Shown here: positions 1-9,839 of the stretch, one piece after another
How the letters are laid out: each line of letters begins with the position of its first letter
Numbering within the stretch: the first letter of the stretch is position 1
From: Janthinobacterium lividum
Lineage (GTDB): Bacteria > Pseudomonadota > Alphaproteobacteria > Acetobacterales > Acetobacteraceae
Reading direction: 5' to 3'
DNA length: 64,000 nucleotides
Assembly: GCA_050954595.1 (NCBI GenBank)
Contig: JBPBQE010000214.1
Location: 768-64,767 of the forward strand
Made by a program: the position numbers and the translations under genes
Notes under the pieces: model-generated
The model's database searches: none
Seen by the model: the letters and a program-made list of their open reading frames with translations, nothing else
What the model was told of the DNA's origin: nothing

Positions 1-1014
1 GACCGCGACCCGGCTGAGGCGCCCGCCGGCGTCAAACCCGTCATCCGCCTCAAAGCCCCGCGCGAGGGCGCAACCACCGTCCACGACCTCATCCAGGGCG
101 AGATCACCGTCAACAACAGCGAGTTGGACGACCTCATCATCCTGCGCAGCGACGGCTCGCCGACCTACCTGCACGCCGTAGTCGTCGACGACCACGACAT
201 GGACATCACCCACGTCATCCGTGGCGACGACCACATGACCAACACCTTTCGCCAGATCCAGATCTACAACGCGATGGACTGGAACCTGCCGCGCTTCGCC
301 CACATGCCGCTGATCCACGGGGCCGACGGCGCCAAGCTGTCCAAGCGTCACGGCGCGGTGAACCTGCTTGACTTCCGCGACGACGGCTTCCTGCCCGAGG
401 CGATGATGAACTTCCTGATGCGCCTCGGCTGGTCGCATGGCGATACCGAAATCCTCGATCGCGAGGAGGCCATCCGCCTGTTCGACCTCGACGGCGTCGG
501 CCGCTCCGCCGCGCGGATGGACTACACGCGGTTGCTGCAGCTCAACGGCGTCTGGCTGCGCCGGGCCGATGACGAGCGGCTGACCAACGACGTGGTCGAG
601 CGGCTCACCGCCCAGGGTCTTGATGCCGAGCGAGTCCGCGAGCGCATCCTAGGCCTGATGCCCTTCCTCAAGGAGCGCGCCAAGACGCTGGTCGACCTGG
701 CTGACAGCACCGCCTTCCTCGCCCGCCACATGCCGCTCAGCTTCGAGGAAAAGGCCCAAGCCCTGCTGACGGCCGAGGCCAAGGCAGCCTTGCCGGCGCT
801 CGCCACCGTACTCGACGGCACCGACTGGACCGCCCCGGCACTCGACGCCGCACTACGCGCCTACGCCGAGGCCAATGGCCAGAAGCTCGGTAAGGTGGCT
901 CAGCCCCTGCGCGCCGCGCTGACCGGCAGCACCATGAGCCCGCCGATTGACCAGACTCTGGCCGCCCTCGGCCGCGAGGAAGCCCTCGCCCGCATCGCTG
1001 CGGCTGCGGCCTGA
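1..1014 (+). CDS. gltX: Glutamyl-tRNA synthetase, C-terminal 337 aa (5' end lies outside the window)
   Basis: Frame 1 is open from nt 1. Class-I aaRS core HVIRGDDH is present, with the KMSKS-type loop [10 protein letters not shown]. The stop TGA at 1012-1014 overlaps the pyrB ATG by 1 nt. Confidence 0.9.
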   Translation, partial: DRDPAEAPAGVKPVIRLKAPREGATTVHDLIQGEITVNNSELDDLIILRSDGSPTYLHAVVVDDHDMDITHVIRGDDHMTNTFRQIQIYNAMDWNLPRFAHMPLIHGADGAKLSKRHGAVNLLDFRDDGFLPEAMMNFLMRLGWSHGDTEILDREEAIRLFDLDGVGRSAARMDYTRLLQLNGVWLRRADDERLTNDVVERLTAQGLDAERVRERILGLMPFLKERAKTLVDLADSTAFLARHMPLSFEEKAQALLTAEAKAALPALATVLDGTDWTAPALDAALRAYAEANGQKLGKVAQPLRAALTGSTMSPPIDQTLAALGREEALARIAAAAA

Positions 1015-1946
1015 TGTTCAGCCACAAACACCTGCTGGCGATCGAGGGGCTTTACCCGCCCGAGATCGCCACCTTGCTCGACCTGGCCGAGAGCTACGTC
1101 CTGCTCAACCGCTCCGGCAAAACACAGCGCGATCTGCTGCGCGGCCGCACCCTGATCAACCTGTTCTTCGAGGACAGCACCCGCACCCGCACCAGCTTTG
1201 AGCTGGCCGGCAAGCGGCTCGGTGCCGACGTCATCAACATGTCGGTCTCGACCAGCAGCGTGAAAAAGGGCGAGACCCTGCTCGATACAGCGACGACGCT
1301 GAACGCCATGCGCTGCGACCTCCTCGTCGTGCGGCACGATCAGTCCGGCGCGCCGGCGCTGCTGGCGCAGAAGGTCTCCTCGGCCGTCATCAACGCCGGC
1401 GACGGCACGCACGAACATCCCACCCAGGCGCTGCTGGACGCCCTGACCATCCGCCGCCGCAAAGGCCGCCTCGAAGGACTCGTGGTCGCGATCTGCGGCG
1501 ACGTGCTGCACAGCCGGGTCGCGCGCTCCAATATCCATCTGTTGACCACCATGGGCAGCCGGGTGCGGCTCATTGGCCCGCCGACGCTGATCCCGGCCGC
1601 CGCGACCAGTCTCGGCGTCGAGGTGATGCACGACATGGAGACCGGGCTCGACGGCGCCGACGTAGTGATGATGCTGCGATTGCAGCGCGAGCGGATGGTG
1701 GGCGGGCTCATTCCCAGCGAGCGGGAGTATTTCCGCTTCTTCGGCCTCGACCACCCCAAGCTCGCTCGCGCCAAGCCCGACGTCATCGTCATGCATCCCG
1801 GCCCGATGAACCGCGGCGTCGAGATCGATAGCGCCGTCGCCGACGACCCGGCCCACAGCGTCATTGGCACTCAGGTCGAGATGGGAGTCGCCGTGCGCAT
1901 GGCCGTGCTCGACGTCCTCGCACGCCAGGACCGCCGCAATGTCTGA
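1014..1946 (+). CDS. pyrB: Aspartate carbamoyltransferase catalytic chain
   Basis: 310 aa. Carbamoyl-phosphate motif STRTRTSFE, plus [10 protein letters not shown] and the HPGPMNRG motif. Confidence 0.95.
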   Translation: MFSHKHLLAIEGLYPPEIATLLDLAESYVLLNRSGKTQRDLLRGRTLINLFFEDSTRTRTSFELAGKRLGADVINMSVSTSSVKKGETLLDTATTLNAMRCDLLVVRHDQSGAPALLAQKVSSAVINAGDGTHEHPTQALLDALTIRRRKGRLEGLVVAICGDVLHSRVARSNIHLLTTMGSRVRLIGPPTLIPAAATSLGVEVMHDMETGLDGADVVMMLRLQRERMVGGLIPSEREYFRFFGLDHPKLARAKPDVIVMHPGPMNRGVEIDSAVADDPAHSVIGTQVEMGVAVRMAVLDVLARQDRRNV

Positions 1947-3216
1947 CACACTGTTCCAGAACGTCCGCCTGCTCGACCCCGCTTCCGACCTGGATGTTAT
2001 CGGCGCCCTCCTCGTCAAAGACGGCCGCATTGCCGATTGGGGCGCAAATCTCGGCCGACCCGACGGGGTCGACACCCTCGACGGCGGCGGCGCGATCCTT
2101 TGCCCCGGCCTGGTGGACATGCGCGCCAGCCTCGGCGAGCCCGGCTTCGAATACCGTGAAACCATAGCCTCGGCCGCCCGCGCCGCTGCGGCTGGCGGCA
2201 TCACCACCATTGGTGCACTGCCCGACAGCCGCCCCGCCATCGATGATCCGGCTCTTGTACGCCTCATGCGCAGCCGCGGCGAGGAAACCGGCGCCGTCAC
2301 GGTCCGTCCCTACGCCGCCGTCACCAAAGGCTGCCGCGGTGAGGAACTGGCGGAAATCGGCCTGCTCCGCGAAGCCGGTGCCGCCGCCTTCACCGACGGC
2401 CAGCGTGCCATCGGCAATGCCCGCCTGATGCGACTGGCGCTCTCCTACGCACGCGGCTTCGGTGCCCGTATCGTCCAACACCCCGAGGACCCCACGCTCG
2501 CAGCCGGCGGTGCCGCCACTGAAGGCGAACAAGCTACCCGGCTCGGCCTGCCCGGCATTCCCGCCGCCGCGGAAGCCATTCTCGTCGCCCGCGACATTCG
2601 CCTGGCTGAGCTCACCGGCGGCCTGCTGCACTTCGCCCATGTCTCGACCGCTGAAGCGCTCGAACTGATTCGCCGGGCCAAGGAGCGCGGCCTGCCCATC
2701 ACCTGCGACACCGCCCCGCCCTATTTCGACCTCAACGAGACGGCGATCGGCGATTTCCGCACCTACGCCAAATTGTCGCCGCCGCTTCGCGCGGAAAGCG
2801 ACCGCCTCGCCGTCTGCGCCGCTCTGGCTGACGGCACCGTCGACGCCATCGCGTCCGACCATCAGCCGCGTGACGCCGACGATAAGCGCCTGCCGTTCGC
2901 CGTGGCGTCCCCGGGCGGCGCCGGTCTGGCGACGCTGCTGCCCATCACCCTCGCCCGCGTCCACGGCGGCGGCCTGCCGCTTTCCCGCGCCTTGCTGCTG
3001 CTGACCGCTGGTCCCGCCGCTCTGCTGGACGCCGACGCAGGCCGTTTCCGCCGCGGCGCCCCTGCCGATCTCTGCCTGTTCGACCTCGAGCGTGCCTGGC
3101 GCATCGAGTCCGGCACTCTACCCGGCAAGGCCCAGAACACGCCGTTCGACGGCCGCCCCGTCGAGGGCTTGGTTCTCGGCACCTGGCATCACGGCCGTCG
3201 CGTATTTCCACAATGA
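1939..3216 (+). CDS. pyrC: Dihydroorotase-like protein, probably a non-catalytic PyrC'-type partner of ATCase
   Basis: Amidohydrolase fold ([13 protein letters not shown]). The ATG at 1939 ([14 protein letters not shown]) overlaps the pyrB stop by 8 nt. The metal-site segment reads [14 protein letters not shown] instead of the usual D-x-H-x-H. Confidence 0.8.
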   Translation: MSDTLFQNVRLLDPASDLDVIGALLVKDGRIADWGANLGRPDGVDTLDGGGAILCPGLVDMRASLGEPGFEYRETIASAARAAAAGGITTIGALPDSRPAIDDPALVRLMRSRGEETGAVTVRPYAAVTKGCRGEELAEIGLLREAGAAAFTDGQRAIGNARLMRLALSYARGFGARIVQHPEDPTLAAGGAATEGEQATRLGLPGIPAAAEAILVARDIRLAELTGGLLHFAHVSTAEALELIRRAKERGLPITCDTAPPYFDLNETAIGDFRTYAKLSPPLRAESDRLAVCAALADGTVDAIASDHQPRDADDKRLPFAVASPGGAGLATLLPITLARVHGGGLPLSRALLLLTAGPAALLDADAGRFRRGAPADLCLFDLERAWRIESGTLPGKAQNTPFDGRPVEGLVLGTWHHGRRVFPQ

Positions 3217-3821
3217 CGGGTCTCGGCGATGATCAACCCATGCTGATCGTCGCGCTCCTCCTCGGCGTGGTTCTGGGTTCGGTCCCGTTCGGCCTGCTGC
3301 TCACGCGGGCCGCCGGGCTGGGCGACATTCGCAAGACCGGCTCCGGCAGCATCGGCGCCACCAACGTGTTGCGCACCGGCCGCAAGGACATCGCAGCCGC
3401 CACCTTGCTGCTCGATGCCGGCAAGGGAGCCGTCGCCGTCCTGCTCATAGCGGCTTATGCCGGCCCCGACGCAGCGCTCGTCGCCGGCGTGGGCGCGGTT
3501 TTCGGTCATTGTTTCTCGCCCTGGATCGGCTTCAAGGGCGGCAAAGGCATCGCCACCGGCGCCGGCGTGCTGCTTGCGTGGTCTTGGCCGGCCGGATTGC
3601 TTTGCCTCGTGGCCTGGCTGGCCGCGGCCTACCTGTCCAAGCGCTCCAGCGTCGGCGCCCTGGTCGCGCTGGCCGTAGCCCCATTCTTGCTCTGGGCGTT
3701 CGCCGACGGGCGCACGGCCCTGGCCGGCCTTCTCGTCAGTGCGGTCTGCATCGGCCGTCACCACGCCAACATCGCCCGTCTCCTCGCCGGCACGGAGCCA
3801 CGCATCGGGCGCAAGGCTTGA
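3213..3821 (+). CDS. plsY: Glycerol-3-phosphate acyltransferase PlsY
   Basis: Multi-TM protein of 202 aa with SVPFGLLL and GSGSIGATNVLRTG motifs. ATGA overlap with the pyrC' stop. An alternative ATG at 3240 is possible. Confidence 0.88.
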   Translation: MTGLGDDQPMLIVALLLGVVLGSVPFGLLLTRAAGLGDIRKTGSGSIGATNVLRTGRKDIAAATLLLDAGKGAVAVLLIAAYAGPDAALVAGVGAVFGHCFSPWIGFKGGKGIATGAGVLLAWSWPAGLLCLVAWLAAAYLSKRSSVGALVALAVAPFLLWAFADGRTALAGLLVSAVCIGRHHANIARLLAGTEPRIGRKA

Positions 3822-4903
3822 ACGTCGTCGACCGCCTGCGGCTGATCCGCACGGAGGGCGTCGGCCCCATCACCTACCACCGCCTGCTCGACCGCTTCGT
3901 CGACCCGGCCATTGCCCTCGACGCCCTGCCCGCCCTTGCCCATGCCGGCGGACGCGCGTCGATCCGCATCCCCACGGTCGCCGAGGTAAACCGCGAGATC
4001 GACCGAATCAGCGCGGCCGGCGCCCGCCTGCTGTTCATCGGTGACCCCGACTATCCCGACCTCCTCGCCAGCACCGACGGCGCACCGCCCGCCATCACCG
4101 TCAGAGGCGACCCAGCCGCGCTCAACCGCCGCGCCGTCGCCCTGGTCGGCGCCCGCAACGCGTCCACCAACGGCAAGCACATGGCCGACCTGCTAGCCTA
4201 CGATCTCGCGAGCTCCGGCCTCGTCGTGGTCTCCGGCATGGCGCGTGGCATCGACACCGCCGCTCATACCGGCGCGCTGCGGGCCGGCCTGACCGTGGCC
4301 TGCATCGCCGGCGGCATCGACGTGGCCTACCCGGCCGAGAACGCCGCCTTACAGGAGCGGGTCGCCGAGAGCGGTGCCGTCGTCGCCGAAGCACCATTCG
4401 GCACCGCGCCGCAGGCCCGCCACTTCCCACGGCGCAACCGTATCATCGCCGGGCTGGCGTTAGCGATCATCGTGGTCGAGGCGGCGCCGAAATCCGGCAG
4501 CCTCATCACCGCCCGTTTCGCCGCCGAGATGGGCCGCGACCTGTTCGCCGTCCCCGGCTCCCCGCTCGACGCACGCTGCCGTGGTTCCAACGATCTGATT
4601 CGCACCGGTGCCCATTTGGTGGAGAGCGCCGCCGACGTACTGGCCTTCCTGCCCTCGATCCACGCCGCTTCGATCCCACGCGGCGTTTCCGAACCATCTG
4701 CCCGCTACGAGCCCCGGCTCGCCGATGACGAGGTGCGCCGCCTCGTCCTGGACAATCTCGGCCATGATCCCACCGATATCGACGACCTCATTCGCCAAAG
4801 CGGCGTTCCCAGCGCCAGCGTCCATGCCGCTTTGCTTGAGCTGGAGCTGGGTGGCCAGGTCAGCGTGCTGCCCAACAATCGAGCCTGTCTCACCGCGCTC
4901 TGA
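3818..4903 (+). CDS. dprA: DNA-processing protein DprA (Smf)
   Basis: LIRTEGVGPITYHRLL N-terminus and the Rossmann-like core VVVSGMARGIDTAAH. A TTG start at 3818 overlaps the plsY stop (TTGA). The upstream part of ORF 3509-4903 lies inside plsY and is discounted. Confidence 0.85.
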   Translation: MNVVDRLRLIRTEGVGPITYHRLLDRFVDPAIALDALPALAHAGGRASIRIPTVAEVNREIDRISAAGARLLFIGDPDYPDLLASTDGAPPAITVRGDPAALNRRAVALVGARNASTNGKHMADLLAYDLASSGLVVVSGMARGIDTAAHTGALRAGLTVACIAGGIDVAYPAENAALQERVAESGAVVAEAPFGTAPQARHFPRRNRIIAGLALAIIVVEAAPKSGSLITARFAAEMGRDLFAVPGSPLDARCRGSNDLIRTGAHLVESAADVLAFLPSIHAASIPRGVSEPSARYEPRLADDEVRRLVLDNLGHDPTDIDDLIRQSGVPSASVHAALLELELGGQVSVLPNNRACLTAL

Positions 4904-5021
4904 CCACGGTTCGACGACCCGGCAATACATCCCAGGTTGACGTTGGCGGTCGCCGCTGCCAGTTGTCCGCTCATTGGGGGCACTGGGACAATCCTGGCGA
5001 GACCCTGCGTCAAAGGATGCC

Positions 5022-7706
5022 ATGACCGACGTTCTCGTCGTCGAATCGCCTTCCAAGGCCAAGACAATCAACAAATATCTTGGCGACAACTTCACCGTTC
5101 TCGCCAGCTTCGGCCATGTGCGCGACCTGCCGCCCAAGGATGGCAGCGTGCGGCCGGACGAGGATTTCGCGATGGATTGGGCTGCCGACGAGCGCGGCGC
5201 CAAGCAGATCGCCGCAATCGCCAAGGCCGTCAAAGGCGCCGGCACGCTTTACCTGGCGACCGACCCGGACCGTGAGGGCGAGGCGATCTCGTGGCACGTC
5301 CGCGCCATGCTGGAAGAGAAGCACGCGCTCAAGGGCGTCAACGTCAAGCGCATCACCTTCAACGAGATCACCAAATCGGCGATCACCTACGCGATCGACC
5401 ACCCGCGCGAACTCGACCAGCCGTTGATCGAGGCATACCTCGCGCGACGGGCTCTGGACTATCTCGTGGGCTTCACTCTGTCGCCGGTTCTGTGGCGCAA
5501 GCTGCCCGGCAGCCGCAGCGCTGGCCGCGTGCAGTCGGTCGCGCTTCGCCTGGTCTGCGAGCGGGAAGCCGAAATCGAGGTGTTCAAGCCGCGCGAATAC
5601 TGGAGCGTCGAGGCGCACTTCCTCACGCCGGCCAACGCGCCGTTCACCGCCAAGCTGACGCAGCTCGACGGCAAGAAGCTCGACCAGTTCGACCTCAACA
5701 ATCGCGACAAGGCGGAGGCCGCCCGCGCAACGGTGCAGGCTGGCCGCTTCTCGGTCGTCGCCGTGGAACGCCGCCGGGTTAAGCGCAACCCGCCAGCGCC
5801 GTTCACCACCTCGACCTTGCAGCAGGAAGCCAGCCGCAAGCTCGGCATGGGCGCGCAAGCCACCATGCGGTGCGCGCAGCAGCTCTACGAGGGCGTCGAG
5901 CTGCACGGCGAGACCACCGGCCTGATCACCTACATGCGGACCGACGGCGTACAGATGGCCCGCGAAGCCACCATGTCGATCCGCGATCACGTCAGCACGT
6001 CGTACGGCGCCGACTACATACCGGCTGCCCCGCGCGAATACACCAGCAAGGCCAAGAACGCGCAGGAGGCCCACGAGGCCATCCGCCCCACCGACGTGGC
6101 CCGCTCCCCGGACCAGGTCACCCAGTACCTCTCGGGCGAGCAACTCCGCCTTTATGAGCTGATCTGGAAGCGCGCCGTCGCCAGCCAGATGCAGTCTGCC
6201 GAACTCGACCAGGTCGCCGTCGACCTTGCCAGCGACGGCACCAAGCTTCGCGCCACCGGTTCCATCATCGCCTTTGACGGCTTCCTCAAGCTCTACCGCG
6301 AGGACACCGATGACGGCACCGACGGTGCCGCAGACGACAGCCGCATGCTGCCCCCGATGCATGAACGCGACCCGGTGCAGCACGACCGCGTCGCCGCCGA
6401 ACAGCACTTTACCCAGCCGCCACCGCGTTTCTCCGAAGCCAGCCTGGTCAAGAAGATGGAGGAGCTGGGCATCGGCCGTCCGAGCACCTACGCCTCCATC
6501 CTGACCGTGTTGCGCGATCGCAACTACGTCCGCATGGACAACAAGCGCTTCTTCCCCGAGGACCGTGGCCGCCTCGTCACCGCCTTCCTGACCAGCTTCT
6601 TCGAGCGCTACGTCGATCCCGGCTTCACCGCCTCGCTCGAGGAACAACTCGACGACATTTCCGGTGGCCGTGCCGAGTGGCGCAAGGTCATGCACCTGTT
6701 CTGGGACCAGTTCTCCAAGGCCGTCGAACAGACCCGCGACCTCAAGATCTCCGACGTCATCGACGCGCTGGACAAGGATCTCGGCTCCCACTTCTTCCCG
6801 GTGCCTGTCGATGGCGGCGATCCGCGCGAGTGCCCCGCCTGTCGCGCCGGCCGCCTCGGGCTCAAGCTGGGCCGCCACGGCAGCTTCATCGGTTGCTCGA
6901 ACTATCCGACCTGCGAATACACCCGCCGCCTGGCCGTCGATGGCGGCGAGGAAGGTGGCGAGACGCTCAAGGAAGGCAAGCGCGACCTCGGCGCGCATCC
7001 GGAGAACGGCGAGAACGTCACCATTCGCCGTGGTCCCTATGGACTCTACGTTCAACAGGGCGACGCCGACCCGGAGGACAAGAAGAAGAAGCCTCGCCGC
7101 ACCGCCATCCCGCGCGGCATGGATGGCGAGCAGATGACACTCGACCAGGCGCTCGGCCTGCTATCGCTCCCGCGCCTGATTGGCCTGCACCCCGAACGTG
7201 GCGAGCCGATCGAAGCCGGCATCGGCCGCTTCGGCCCGTTCGTGAAAATGGGCGCTATCTTCGCTTCGCTCGACAAGGACGACGACGTTCTGCACGTCGG
7301 CCTCAACCGTGCCGTCGACGCGTTGGCCAAGAAACTCGACAGCATCCGCAGCATCGGCACGCATCCCGGCGACAAGCAGCCGGTCGTGGTACGGAAAGGG
7401 CGCTTCGGGCCGTACATTCAACACGGCAACACGGTTGCGAACCTGCCCAAGGATCTCGCCATGGACGATGTCGGCCTGGACGAGGCCGTCGCTCTGCTCA
7501 AGGAAAAGGGCAAGGCACTCAAGCCCCGCCCCGGCAGCAAGAAGCCGGCCGGCAAGGCGAAGTCGACGGCCACCAAAGCCGTTGTCGCCAAGGCCGCCAC
7601 GCCCAAGGCTCCTGCAGCCAAGGCAAAGGCTGCGGCGAAGCCGAAAGCTGCAACCAAGGCGAAAAGCGCCAGCAAGCCCAAATCCCCCGCCACGAAAGCG
7701 AGCTGA
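5022..7706 (+). CDS. topA: DNA topoisomerase I with a basic Ala/Lys/Pro-rich C-terminal tail
   Basis: TOPRIM start MTDVLVVESPSKAKTINKYLG, active-site GLITYMRTDG, and a Zn-ribbon CPACRAGRL...CSNYPTCEY. The first 16 codons of ORF 4974 are discounted. Confidence 0.95.
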   Translation: MTDVLVVESPSKAKTINKYLGDNFTVLASFGHVRDLPPKDGSVRPDEDFAMDWAADERGAKQIAAIAKAVKGAGTLYLATDPDREGEAISWHVRAMLEEKHALKGVNVKRITFNEITKSAITYAIDHPRELDQPLIEAYLARRALDYLVGFTLSPVLWRKLPGSRSAGRVQSVALRLVCEREAEIEVFKPREYWSVEAHFLTPANAPFTAKLTQLDGKKLDQFDLNNRDKAEAARATVQAGRFSVVAVERRRVKRNPPAPFTTSTLQQEASRKLGMGAQATMRCAQQLYEGVELHGETTGLITYMRTDGVQMAREATMSIRDHVSTSYGADYIPAAPREYTSKAKNAQEAHEAIRPTDVARSPDQVTQYLSGEQLRLYELIWKRAVASQMQSAELDQVAVDLASDGTKLRATGSIIAFDGFLKLYREDTDDGTDGAADDSRMLPPMHERDPVQHDRVAAEQHFTQPPPRFSEASLVKKMEELGIGRPSTYASILTVLRDRNYVRMDNKRFFPEDRGRLVTAFLTSFFERYVDPGFTASLEEQLDDISGGRAEWRKVMHLFWDQFSKAVEQTRDLKISDVIDALDKDLGSHFFPVPVDGGDPRECPACRAGRLGLKLGRHGSFIGCSNYPTCEYTRRLAVDGGEEGGETLKEGKRDLGAHPENGENVTIRRGPYGLYVQQGDADPEDKKKKPRRTAIPRGMDGEQMTLDQALGLLSLPRLIGLHPERGEPIEAGIGRFGPFVKMGAIFASLDKDDDVLHVGLNRAVDALAKKLDSIRSIGTHPGDKQPVVVRKGRFGPYIQHGNTVANLPKDLAMDDVGLDEAVALLKEKGKALKPRPGSKKPAGKAKSTATKAVVAKAATPKAPAAKAKAAAKPKAATKAKSASKPKSPATKAS

Positions 7707-9839
7707 GTGACCCGGCGGGAGCGAACGCCGGGCACGCTCCCCACCCCGGAAGAAATCCGCAAATTCGTTACAGACGCCGCCGGCCGCGTCGGCAAGCGTG
7801 AGATCGCCCGCGAGTTCGGCATTGCGCCCGACGACAAGCTGGCGCTCCGCGGCATCCTCGCCGAAATGAAGACCGACGGCACCATCGCCCCCGCCGGGCA
7901 TCGCCGCTTCACCGACCCGGCGCCCAGCTCGAAATCCGCACCCGATGCGACGGTTGTCCGTATCACCGGCACCGACCCGGACGGCGAAGCCATCGCCCGT
8001 CCGATCGCCTGGCCATTCCCCGGCGCGCCGCCGCTCGTGTTCATGCGCCCGGAACGCCGCGATCAGCCATCCCTGGTCCCCGGCGAGCGCGTGCTGGCGC
8101 AACTCAAGCCGATCGGCGGCGGCAAGTTCGAAGGACGCACCCTCCGCCGCCTGACCGACCAACCCGGCCGACTGCTCGGCGTCTATCAGCCGCGCGCCGG
8201 TGGCACCGGACGGATCGAGCCGACCGACCGCCGGGTCAAGGCGGAATGGCGCGTGCCGCTCGGCGAAGAAGGCGGTGCCGAGGCGGGAGAGATCGTCGTC
8301 GCTACGCCGCTGCCGCATGGTGGCGCCGGTCTCAAGCCGGTCCGCATCGTCGAGCGACTCGGCCCGATGGGCGATGCCCGCTCCATCAGCCTGATCTGCA
8401 TCGTCAATCACGAGATCCCCGACGACTTCCCCGCCGACACGCTCGCCGATGCCGCAGCGGCCGGCCCCGCCACGCTGGCAGGACGCGAGGACCTCCGGGA
8501 CATTCCACTTGTCACGGTTGACGGCGCCGATGCCCGCGACTTCGACGACGCGGTCTGGGCCGAGCCGGACGGCGACGGCTTTCGCTTGCTCGTCGCCATC
8601 GCCGACGTCGCCCATTATGTCCGCCCCGGCACCCCGCTCGATCGCGAAGCCCGGCACCGCGGCAACAGCGTGTATTTCCCCGATCGAGTCGTCCCCATGC
8701 TGCCGGAGGCGCTCTCCAACGGCTGGTGCAGCCTACGCCCAGACGAGGATCGCGGCTGCCTCTTCGCCGAGCTCCATATCGGCGCGGACGGACGCAAGAT
8801 CCGACACCGCTTCGGCCGCGGCCTGATGCGCAGCGCCGCCCGCCTGACGTACGAGCAGGCGCAGGATCAGCACGACGCCCTGGAACTAGCCCCCCTGTTC
8901 GCTGCCTATCGCGCGCTCCTCGCGGCTCGCCAGTCGCGCGGCACGCTCGACCTCGATCTGCCGGAGCGGCAGGTGGTTCTGCGTGAAGGCCGAGTCGAGT
9001 CGGTCCGGCCACGGCAGCGTCTCGACAGCCATCGGCTGATCGAGGAATTCATGATCCTGGCCAACGTCGCGGCCGCCGAGGAGCTGGAGCGGCTGCAGCG
9101 TCCCTGCGCTTACCGGGTCCATGCGCCCCCGACCGACGATAAGCTCGAATCCCTCCGCACCATCCTGCACGGTCTCGATCTGACCTTGCCGCCGGCCGAT
9201 CAGCTGCATCCGCGCGACCTCGACCGCCTGCTGCAGCGGGTCGCCGGCACGCCGGAGGCTCCGCTGGTCAACGACATCATGTTGCGAAGCCAGAGCCAGG
9301 CGGAATACTCGGCCGACAACATCGGCCATTTCGGCCTGGCGCTGCCGCGCTACGCCCATTTCACCAGCCCGATCCGCCGCTACGCCGATCTCCTGGTTCA
9401 TCGCGCGCTGATCGCCGGCCTTGGGCTAGGTGATGGTGGCCTCAGTGCCGACGAGGGCGCCCGCCTACCCGACACGGCCGCGCATATCAGCGGCACCGAA
9501 CGCCGCGCGGCGCTGGCCGAGCGCGACGCCGTGGACCGCTATCTGGCGGCATTTCTCGCCAGCCAAACCGGCGCCATCTTTGCGGCCCGTGTCTCCGGTG
9601 TGCAACGCTTTGGCATATTTGTCACACTGATAGAGAATGGCGCCAATGGACTGGTGCCGGCCAGCAGCCTGCCCGATGATTCATGGGATTATGACGACGC
9701 TACACACACGCTTTCGGGCCGCCGAACCCGCTTGGTTTTCCGCCTGGCGCAATCGCTGGACGTGCGTCTCGTCGAAGCCAGTGCCTTGACCGGCGGCATC
9801 CTGTTCGCCCTGGCAGCGCCGAACGTTCCTCAGCGGTGA
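7707..9839 (+). CDS. rnr: Ribonuclease R (RNB-family 3'-5' exoribonuclease)
   Basis: 710 aa. RNB catalytic region TVDGADARDFDDAV...YFPDRVVPMLP and a C-terminal S1-like GIFVTL. The GTG start directly abuts the topA TGA. Confidence 0.9.
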   Translation: MTRRERTPGTLPTPEEIRKFVTDAAGRVGKREIAREFGIAPDDKLALRGILAEMKTDGTIAPAGHRRFTDPAPSSKSAPDATVVRITGTDPDGEAIARPIAWPFPGAPPLVFMRPERRDQPSLVPGERVLAQLKPIGGGKFEGRTLRRLTDQPGRLLGVYQPRAGGTGRIEPTDRRVKAEWRVPLGEEGGAEAGEIVVATPLPHGGAGLKPVRIVERLGPMGDARSISLICIVNHEIPDDFPADTLADAAAAGPATLAGREDLRDIPLVTVDGADARDFDDAVWAEPDGDGFRLLVAIADVAHYVRPGTPLDREARHRGNSVYFPDRVVPMLPEALSNGWCSLRPDEDRGCLFAELHIGADGRKIRHRFGRGLMRSAARLTYEQAQDQHDALELAPLFAAYRALLAARQSRGTLDLDLPERQVVLREGRVESVRPRQRLDSHRLIEEFMILANVAAAEELERLQRPCAYRVHAPPTDDKLESLRTILHGLDLTLPPADQLHPRDLDRLLQRVAGTPEAPLVNDIMLRSQSQAEYSADNIGHFGLALPRYAHFTSPIRRYADLLVHRALIAGLGLGDGGLSADEGARLPDTAAHISGTERRAALAERDAVDRYLAAFLASQTGAIFAARVSGVQRFGIFVTLIENGANGLVPASSLPDDSWDYDDATHTLSGRRTRLVFRLAQSLDVRLVEASALTGGILFALAAPNVPQR

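Noticed and set aside
900-2300. 466-aa ORF on the minus strand, antisense to pyrB/pyrC'
   Set aside because: It fully overlaps two genes with strong family motifs. Its Arg/Ala/Gly/Pro-rich translation has no recognisable domain. It is a typical stop-free antisense frame in roughly 70% GC DNA.
5010-7055. 681-aa ORF antisense to topA
   Set aside because: Same reasoning. topA on the plus strand has TOPRIM, active-site Tyr and Zn-ribbon motifs, while the antisense product is low-complexity.
7161-8657. 498-aa ORF antisense to the topA 3' end and rnr
   Set aside because: High-GC antisense artefact spanning a gene junction, with no motifs.
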